Shown piece after piece: positions 39,306 to 46,216 of a stretch of 46,216 nt of DNA (position 1 is the first letter of the stretch; each line of letters opens with the position of its first letter). Under the pieces are notes generated by a model. The model was not told where the DNA came from. It saw nothing but the letters and a program-made list of their open reading frames with translations, and ran no database searches. Position numbers and translations under genes: made by a program. The stretch comes from Promethearchaeota archaeon (GTDB lineage Archaea; Asgardarchaeota; Lokiarchaeia; Sigyniarchaeales; SOKP01), in assembly GCA_019058015.1 (NCBI GenBank), contig JAHLWH010000174.1:1-46216 (forward strand). Reading direction: 5' to 3'.

Positions 39306-40343
39306 TTGAGTCTAAAGATGAAGAGACTAAATATTAATATCAATAGAATAATACAACTAAAAAAAAATGGAAAAACTAATGATGAAATTGCTCAAGAATT
39401 TAAATGCACTCTAACTTCAATTAGAAATTATCTCAAAAAATTTATGTTGGATTATAATAAATATAAATATTTCAGGAGATCTCGACAAGAGATCAATGAA
39501 ATGATAAAAATGAAAAAAAAAGGAAAATCAAACAAAGAGATTGCTCAAAAACTTGAACGTTCTATCCCAACAGTTGGGAGATATCTTCAAAAGTTTATAT
39601 CTGATTATAATAAATATACAAACAATAGAATTCTACAAAAAGAGATTACTAAAATGATTGTACTGTAAAGAGAAAGATTATCATACAAAAAAATTGGCAA
39701 AGAATTAAATTATGCTGAAAGCATGGTTGGAAAATATATTAAAAAATTCATGTCAGATTAGAAAGAGTTTCTTAATTGTAAATTTACGAAAAAAGAGATC
39801 GAAAAAATGATTGTTTTAAAACAAAAGGGAATGGCTAATTGGGAAATCGCTGAAAAAATGAAATGTGATAAGATTACAGTTGGAAGATATCTTAGTAAAT
39901 TTATGCCTGATAATAATTTTTTCCCTCATATTTTAAATGAAGAAGAATATTTACATAGAAAGAAGGTTAAAGAAAGAAAAATCAAGAAATATAAACAATC
40001 ACTAGAAAAAATTGAAAAATTGAGGGAATGTTTTAAAGATAGGGTAATTACAAGCCAAGAATTATGGATAATAAATTACCTTCTTCCAGCACAAAAAAAG
40101 CTTAAATAATTTTTAAATATTTCGGAAATTGCAGAAAATAAGGAAGAGATCCTAAAATGTTTAAAAATAATTACCCATATTTTGCTTAAAATTAACAAAA
40201 ATCGCTCATCTGATTTGATTTTGGGTAGTTCTATATATTTAAATCCATCTTTTAATTTAAAAAATGTCTTGGATCTCTTAAATATTTCAATTACTCCTAT
40301 TAATAAATTATTAAAGACAACTGGATTAAGAAAATTTCAATAG
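39306..40343 (+). pseudogene. Four 51-aa HTH repeats plus a TFIIB-cyclin-like C-terminus, broken by three in-frame stops
   Basis: One continuous frame with TAA 39666, TAG 39759, TAA 40107 and a final TAG 40341. Repeat consensus I..MI.LK..G..N.EIA..L......VG.YL.KF..DY. Confidence 0.85.
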
Positions 40344-40831
40344 ATAAGAGATTTGAATAGAATTGGAATATGTTGTATTTTCATGTTCAAAAATTTAAGA
40401 AGTGTGGTTTGTTCTATCTTAATGGGAGCCAAATTTCTTCTGAATTTGTAAATTCGCATAATAAATTCAAAGAAATGGTTCTTCTTAAATGTTTTTTCTC
40501 TGCTCAACCTCTCTCCAGTGGAGATCGACCCTCATTCTGAAAGATCACTTAAAATCTTTTCTACATTAAGAAGTTAGGTTATAAATTCCGATCAATTCCA
40601 CCAGAAATCACTGGATTTCGTACCCAATCCGATTTTTTTCTTTATAAAGTTTTAATTTAAAAGTCTCTCAAAAAAAAAATTTAAAACTATGGGTTGAATA
40701 AAAAGATGAACGGAAAAAAATCAATGGATGATATAGCAATATGGAAGGTAATCGTTGATATTACTCAAATACCAGCCAAGCCACAAAAGGAAGATTCTTG
40801 GTTGTTTTAAAACCTAATTATAATTATCCTA

Positions 40832-41050
40832 TTGGATTATTGTTATATTGAAAAATTTAAGAAAAACTTTAAAATCATTGTAATTATAGCCCAATTTCTT
40901 GATTTTACCGAGATTTTTAAAAATGAGAAAAAGTATGTCAAAAGAAACTTATTAAAAATTTCTCAAAAATATGAAATTCAAATTATTCCCATTGATAATA
41001 AAGATGAATTATTTCTATTATTGAGAGGATTTTTCAAAAAAAGAATTTAG
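40832..41050 (+). pseudogene. Orphan paralogous copy of the Hef C-terminal ~67 aa
   Basis: VIIAQFLDF..IF...YEIQIIPI...EL...LRGFFKK aligns without gaps to Hef VIIAEFLDF..MF...YEIPVIFI...EL...LKGFFDK. Confidence 0.85.
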
Positions 41051-41052
41051 AA

Positions 41053-41598
41053 ATGATTGAAAAAAATACCCAAATAAGAAAGTATATTGTATTTCCTTGT
41101 AAGAAATGCTGTCAATATACTTACGCTAGAGTGAATCAAAAAGGAAAAAAATGCCCACGTTGTGGAAAAAATCACAAAATTTCAGAAATCTCTGGAGAAA
41201 TTGTCAATAATTTGAAAGAAGCAAATTTATTAGTAAGAAAAAAACAAGATGGATTTGCTATAAAAAATGGATTTAAAAATCTTGATTTATCATCTTTAAC
41301 ATCTGGTTTTACCATACCAGGATCTGATAAATCTACATTCAATTTCCAGCAATTCAGAAAAATGAATAAAGAAAATAATAAAAATTTATACAATAAATTT
41401 ATATTTGGGCTGAAACAATTAAAATCCAATTTTTCTACTTTTTCTACAATTCCAGAAAATATTTTTACTTTATTTTTTATAAATAATGGTTTTAAGAGTT
41501 CAGAAATAAAACAATTAATAAAATTGGCCTTAAGAGACAAAAAAATCGATCAATATTTAAAAAATAATAATGTTAAATATTACCAAATAATTGTTTAA
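41053..41598 (+). CDS. DUF1922-like Zn-ribbon protein with a possible C-terminal winged helix
   Basis: YIVFPCKKCCQYTYA...KKCPRCGK. Confidence 0.75.
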   Translation: MIEKNTQIRKYIVFPCKKCCQYTYARVNQKGKKCPRCGKNHKISEISGEIVNNLKEANLLVRKKQDGFAIKNGFKNLDLSSLTSGFTIPGSDKSTFNFQQFRKMNKENNKNLYNKFIFGLKQLKSNFSTFSTIPENIFTLFFINNGFKSSEIKQLIKLALRDKKIDQYLKNNNVKYYQIIV

Positions 41599-41628
41599 AC
41601 TTTCCTTTAGAGTATATGATTTTTTTAA

Positions 41629-42162
41629 CTAAAGCAAATTTGCATTTTCCATCATTACACGAGTTAAAGCAATGAAGACCGATTCAACATTTTCGCCAGA
41701 TTTAGAAGAACATTCAGTGTATCCAATAAAATCACGAGATTTTGCCGTTTCTATTGCTTCTTCTCTATTCACAGTTCTTTTTAGAGAAAGATCTGCCTTC
41801 CCTCCGACCATTAAGATTGGAATTTTGTTATAATCTTCCTTTAAACCTTGACTTATTACTTCAAGCCATTGATTTAAATTTTTAAAACTGGAATATCTTG
41901 TTATATCATACATGAAAATGCCTCCAGAAGCCCCAATTATATAACCAGGTAAAAGAAATCTGAATCTTGACTCTCCTGCAAAATCCCAGATTTGTAAAGA
42001 GATTTTTTTCCCGCCAAGATTTATATTTTTTAAGTGAAAATCAAGACCTATTGTCATTAATGAATCACTTTTAAAAATACCAGTTACATAACGATAAGTT
42101 AATGCAGTCTTTCCTACTCCACCCTCCCCACAAATAAAAATCTTAAAAACTGCATCTCGAAT
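41629..42162 (-). CDS. Rab-like small GTPase; true start appears to be ATT at 42162
   Basis: The frame extends upstream of ATG 42057 as (I)RDAVFKIFICGEGGVGKTALTYRYVTGIF. Also TIGLDF, LQIWDFAGES, GGKAD and ECSSK. Confidence 0.93.
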   Translation of the reverse strand: MRDAVFKIFICGEGGVGKTALTYRYVTGIFKSDSLMTIGLDFHLKNINLGGKKISLQIWDFAGESRFRFLLPGYIIGASGGIFMYDITRYSSFKNLNQWLEVISQGLKEDYNKIPILMVGGKADLSLKRTVNREEAIETAKSRDFIGYTECSSKSGENVESVFIALTRVMMENANLL

Positions 42163-42429
42163 TTTGGTTACACCTTGGTTTTATCAAAAGTTTTTTTTTC
42201 CTTTAATTGAAATTAATAATTTATGTATTTAATTTTATAGATATCAAAATTATAAAGTATAGATATTGTCATTCACGATTAATAATCCAAATATTCAATT
42301 ATTTTTTAATTTTATTTTATTTTAAAGGATTAATAAACCCCATTTAAGTTACTCATTCACAATAAATTTTTTATTCAAAATGTTAATCAATTTTATCGAT
42401 ATTAGAATTACACAAATTAAATATATATA

Positions 42430-43521
42430 TTAGATAAAAGAAAATAGTTTCCTCTGCGTGAAAGTTATTAATTTCTTCTTTTTAAAATAAATAATGCTTT
42501 TTTCGTAATTATTAGTAAATTTAATTATATTATTTTTAATTCTTTTTGAATTTAATGTATGATCCTCACACAGAAATTCCATAATTTTCTCTATTTGGGG
42601 ATAATTCCAGTTAAAATTAGAATATTTGCTAATTACTTCGGGAAATAGAAATATTTTTCTAATCTCTGCGATTTTTTTTTCATTTAACCTTGAGAAATCA
42701 AATTTAGACGCGCAATTTTTGATAACTGATTCAATATGGCCAAATTTTTTAATAAACCGTAATGCTAATTTGGGACCTATTCCCATAATTCCTTTATTAT
42801 AATCTGTTCCAATAAGCATTGCGATATCGACTAATTGAAATATATCAATGCCCCATTTTTTTAAATTCTCGTTTAATTTAATGATGGATGGTTTTACTTT
42901 TGCATATTGCCAACTATTATTTATTTTCCTTACTCTCGATTTTGATAAATTTCTAACTTGTCTCAAACTTCCGAAGACTAAACAATCAAAATCCTGACTA
43001 ATTGTAAAATCTACAACTTTATCTTTGACCAAACAAGCACATTGTGACTCCGCTGATGCAGGAGATTCCACGTAAGGAATTCCCAAATATGATAACATCT
43101 TTTTTGATTCTTGAATTGTATTAATCCACAAAAATTCTTTACCAGTAGCGATTTGTTGAGCAAGTTGGTAATTATGATTTTCTATTGATTCTTTGTATTT
43201 TTGTTTAATATATTGGAAATCATGTAATTTATCTTTGGTTATCAATCGTTTATATGGATGTACACAACCATCAAAGCAAAAAATTGGGAGTATTTTTTTA
43301 AAATAATAAAAATTTATTCGATTTAACAGTCCATAAAGATGAGAAATAATCCTTCTTGTCCGATCTATCATATATTTTGAGTTGAAATAACTGGATTTTT
43401 TATAAGAATAATTTAATAAAGACATGACTACATTAGGTCCATCTACTGCAACTATACTGCCTTCCAAATCCTTTAATTCAATTTGATGAATAGTCAGAAT
43501 ATCTTTAATTTTTACTCCCAT
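42430..43521 (-). CDS. fen: Flap endonuclease 1 family protein (atypical active site)
   Basis: MGVKIKD, VAVDG, SHLYGL, FCFDG, SQDFD, IGTDYNKGIMGIGPK and a C-terminal PIP box QRKLFSF. Confidence 0.9.
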   Translation of the reverse strand: MGVKIKDILTIHQIELKDLEGSIVAVDGPNVVMSLLNYSYKKSSYFNSKYMIDRTRRIISHLYGLLNRINFYYFKKILPIFCFDGCVHPYKRLITKDKLHDFQYIKQKYKESIENHNYQLAQQIATGKEFLWINTIQESKKMLSYLGIPYVESPASAESQCACLVKDKVVDFTISQDFDCLVFGSLRQVRNLSKSRVRKINNSWQYAKVKPSIIKLNENLKKWGIDIFQLVDIAMLIGTDYNKGIMGIGPKLALRFIKKFGHIESVIKNCASKFDFSRLNEKKIAEIRKIFLFPEVISKYSNFNWNYPQIEKIMEFLCEDHTLNSKRIKNNIIKFTNNYEKSIIYFKKKKLITFTQRKLFSFI

Positions 43522-43672
43522 TTCGATAAAATGTTATAAAATGGGAATTTAAAAACAAAAAAACACTAGATTAGAAAAATCTTTTAATTTCTTAGCATTT
43601 TAAAAATTTTTGTTTAAATATACTCATTTTATTTTTTATCTGATTAATATTAAAAAAAATTGGAGATATAAA

Positions 43673-44218
43673 ATGCAAGCAATACCGAAATTATTATATA
43701 AAAATAAAATTTCAGAAATTTTGGGTGAAATTAGATTTAATTATGGGATTTTAACGCGACACGGTTACATTTATGGTTTAATAGCAGTGGATCAAGATGC
43801 AAAAATTATTGCAGTTGATGCTAGATTTGATAAAAAATTAAATTATTGGGATCTTGCATCGATTGGTGCAGCATTATATGGAGTTGCAAAACAAGGTCAA
43901 GATTTTTTCGAGGCAGAGGAACTTGAGCGCGGTGCTTTAATTTATAAAAACATGCAGTTATTTGTTAAGTCTATCGGTAATGTCTATATTGGGGATAAGG
44001 GTAAAAGAGATATTCTTATTGTCATTTTAGCAGATAATGAAGTAAATATCGGAATTATTATCTTACAAATGAGTAAATTTGCAAATAAGATAAAAGCATT
44101 GATTGAAAAAAGCGGAAATATTAAGAACACATTGAAAATGACAGAAAGCGAACTTAGAGAACACATAAAAGAATTAAAGAAGCAAATATTTTCGGATAAA
44201 ATCGGAATTATCTCATGA
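43673..44218 (+). CDS. Roadblock/LC7 (MglB-like) protein with a C-terminal helical extension
   Basis: LIAVDQDAKIIA...LASIGAALYGVAKQ...ILIVILADNEVNIGIII. Start ATG 43673. Directly upstream of the MglA-like GTPase. Confidence 0.82.
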   Translation: MQAIPKLLYKNKISEILGEIRFNYGILTRHGYIYGLIAVDQDAKIIAVDARFDKKLNYWDLASIGAALYGVAKQGQDFFEAEELERGALIYKNMQLFVKSIGNVYIGDKGKRDILIVILADNEVNIGIIILQMSKFANKIKALIEKSGNIKNTLKMTESELREHIKELKKQIFSDKIGIIS

Positions 44219-44236
44219 TTAGGAGGTCTATAGCCT

Positions 44237-44884
44237 GTGATTATCAAATCTGACAATGATTCTAGCAAATCAGAACTTCCAGATTTTAATAAAGATGAGT
44301 ATATAATTCAATTTAAAATTGTATATTGGGGTCCAGGTGAATCAGGAAAAACAACAAATTTTCTAAGATTAAAGGAAAAATTTAGTCTTTTGAAAATTTC
44401 TAATGGATATTCTATAGATACTACTGATGGCAGAACACTCTGGCAAGATTCGATATTTTTTACATTTAATTTACGAATTAAAGGAAAAAAATATAATATT
44501 ATTACTCAAATAACCACTTGTACCGGTCAAGAGCGTTTTTTACCAACTCGAGAATATGTTATCGATGGTGCTGATGGAGTTATTTTTGTTGGAGATTCCT
44601 GTCCGGATAAAATAGAGGAAAATAAACGAAGCTATCGGGAGCTAATAAGTTTTGTCAATAAAAATAATGTGCCTATTTTTATTCAATTAAATAAGCGCGA
44701 TTTACCAGATGCAATTTCTTTAAAAAAATTTAAAAAACATATTGGTCTTCCAAATTTAGATAAAAATGAAGATGGAACACCAATTGTTTATGAAACTGTA
44801 GCTTTAAAGGGTGAAAATGTTGTAAGGATTTTTGAAGATTTGGTTATGAAAATATTCATCAATTTTTTTATAAAGAATAATTGA
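44237..44884 (+). CDS. mglA: MglA-family small GTPase
   Basis: FKIVYWGPGESGKTTN, GRTLWQD, TCTGQ, GADGVIFVGDS, QLNKRDL, VALKGENV. SD AGGAGG at 44221. Confidence 0.88.
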   Translation: MIIKSDNDSSKSELPDFNKDEYIIQFKIVYWGPGESGKTTNFLRLKEKFSLLKISNGYSIDTTDGRTLWQDSIFFTFNLRIKGKKYNIITQITTCTGQERFLPTREYVIDGADGVIFVGDSCPDKIEENKRSYRELISFVNKNNVPIFIQLNKRDLPDAISLKKFKKHIGLPNLDKNEDGTPIVYETVALKGENVVRIFEDLVMKIFINFFIKNN

Positions 44885-44899
44885 AGGTATATTGTTAAT

Positions 44900-46069
44900 A
44901 TGGATACTGAATATGACATTATATCCCCTGAATTCTTTTATTTATTATTTTTTAAGCAAAAAAGTCTAATTATTTACCCATATATTGATTTAAAGCATTT
45001 AATTCCCCTTGAGTGCTTTTTAGTTAGTTATAATATTGAAAAATTAGATGGAACAGCATTATATAATTTAAGTGAGATTATTGAATATGGTTCAATTTCT
45101 ACTCATAATCATAATCCTACATTTTTTATCATCACAAATGTTAATCGAGAAGAAATTGAAAAATTAATTAAGATAAAGAATTTTCATTGTATAATTAACA
45201 CAAAAGAAGAAGTATCTGATAATCTAATTTCTAATTCCGATTTTATTGTATATAATAAAAAAACGAAAACATTTCTAAATCAAGATTTTTCTAACATTGA
45301 TCTATCATTTGAAACTGAGATAATACAAAAATCTTCTTCATTAGAATTTTTAGCTGATGAGATTCAATCTATTAAAAATCTTGGCAATAGGATATATCTG
45401 GAATTTAATAAAACCGGAAAAATTAAAGATAATATTTACTTACTGAGTGAATTTAAACCTCAATACCATAAAAAAATTTTAGAATTTGTTTCAAGTTATT
45501 ATGATATTGTTATTCCTGTTTATATTCCAAAAGAACTAAACCAACCTAATAAAAACACAGGCTCCAAAATAATTAAACAATATCAAAAAATTCAAAAGAT
45601 AAATTTAAAAATATTTTCAATTTTTAAGACCCTATTGCAAGATTACAAGAAGAATTTTGATGATAGCAATCTAACAACTAAACAATTATTTCCGAAAAAC
45701 TTTTTCGTGTATTTAAGAGAGCATCATTGGAAAAATGGCATTCCTCGAAAATTTTTAAATAATTGGCATTCTCGTCTTATTAGTCAAATGAACCCAAACG
45801 ATGAGGATCACACAGAATTCAAACAGATTTTAACCATATTAGACGTATCTGAACAAGAAATTAACTCTCTTTTTAAAAAGAACTCATCGATTAAGGACAA
45901 AACAAAACCACTGATAATAAATAACTCTAATTCCTCTATTGATTTCAACCTTAAAGATATTGATAATAAAGAGATTCCAAGTATTAATAATATAACCAAG
46001 TTTGAGAAATGGATCCTTAATAAATTAGATCAGATTGATTCAATACTAGATAAAAAACATCTTCCTTAG
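44900..46069 (+). CDS. Hypothetical soluble protein, third gene of the mglBA-like operon
   Basis: 389-aa ORF 15 nt after mglA. No motif recognised. Confidence 0.8.
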   Translation: MDTEYDIISPEFFYLLFFKQKSLIIYPYIDLKHLIPLECFLVSYNIEKLDGTALYNLSEIIEYGSISTHNHNPTFFIITNVNREEIEKLIKIKNFHCIINTKEEVSDNLISNSDFIVYNKKTKTFLNQDFSNIDLSFETEIIQKSSSLEFLADEIQSIKNLGNRIYLEFNKTGKIKDNIYLLSEFKPQYHKKILEFVSSYYDIVIPVYIPKELNQPNKNTGSKIIKQYQKIQKINLKIFSIFKTLLQDYKKNFDDSNLTTKQLFPKNFFVYLREHHWKNGIPRKFLNNWHSRLISQMNPNDEDHTEFKQILTILDVSEQEINSLFKKNSSIKDKTKPLIINNSNSSIDFNLKDIDNKEIPSINNITKFEKWILNKLDQIDSILDKKHLP

Positions 46070-46216
46070 TTTTCCTTTGGGTGGTTACAAAAGATAGTGA
46101 TGACATTTAAATTTTTTCGCAATCATTTTATTTCAAATTATAGCGAGATATTGCTCCCAGAATTGAAAATAATTTTGATACCACCTATTCAGTTTAATTC
46201 TTCTATGTTTGAAATA

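Noticed and set aside
39306-40343. Stop-codon recoding or selenocysteine/pyrrolysine read-through
   Set aside because: The stops are mixed (TAA, TAG, TAA) and align with different residues in sister repeats (Lys and Tyr). All three stop codons terminate normal genes in this window, and no in-frame TGA is involved.
43610-43672. TTG-start extension of the roadblock ORF
   Set aside because: It begins on the TATA box itself. ATG 43673 has a GGAG SD-like element upstream.
46133-46216. Possible 3' end of a minus-strand gene at the window edge
   Set aside because: Only 27 codons are visible, which is not enough to call.

Overview
AT-rich chromosomal segment of an Asgard archaeon, most likely Lokiarchaeia. 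The assignment is inferred from an archaeal EF-1alpha, Sec11, FEN1, Hel308 and Hef, two Ras-superfamily small GTPases, an MglB/MglA pair and a typical beta-helix surface protein. I found no rRNA, tRNA, CRISPR array, integrase or intact transposase. The left part (1-19.5 kb) is mostly surface and membrane genes plus tuf, and includes a ~1640-aa prenyltransferase-fold surface protein with four 615-bp repeats. The right part (19.6-46 kb) is the most interesting. It holds a divergent TFB paralog, a SWIM-finger Hel308, and a tightly coupled 4-gene membrane operon ending in a 1284-aa HerA/VirB4-like protein with degenerate ATPase motifs. It also holds a truncated class II RNR, a Hef helicase with a degenerate nuclease domain, an atypical FEN1, a Rab-like GTPase apparently starting at ATT, and MglB-MglA. 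Many of these genes have a T-rich rather than A-rich sequence directly upstream of the TATA box. My leading hypothesis, which is inference only, is a co-regulated DNA-transfer/repair module loosely analogous to the crenarchaeal Ced/TFB3 system. Two gene 3'-end duplication scars and two stop-interrupted pseudogenes are also visible. All family calls come from reading motifs by eye, not from database searches.
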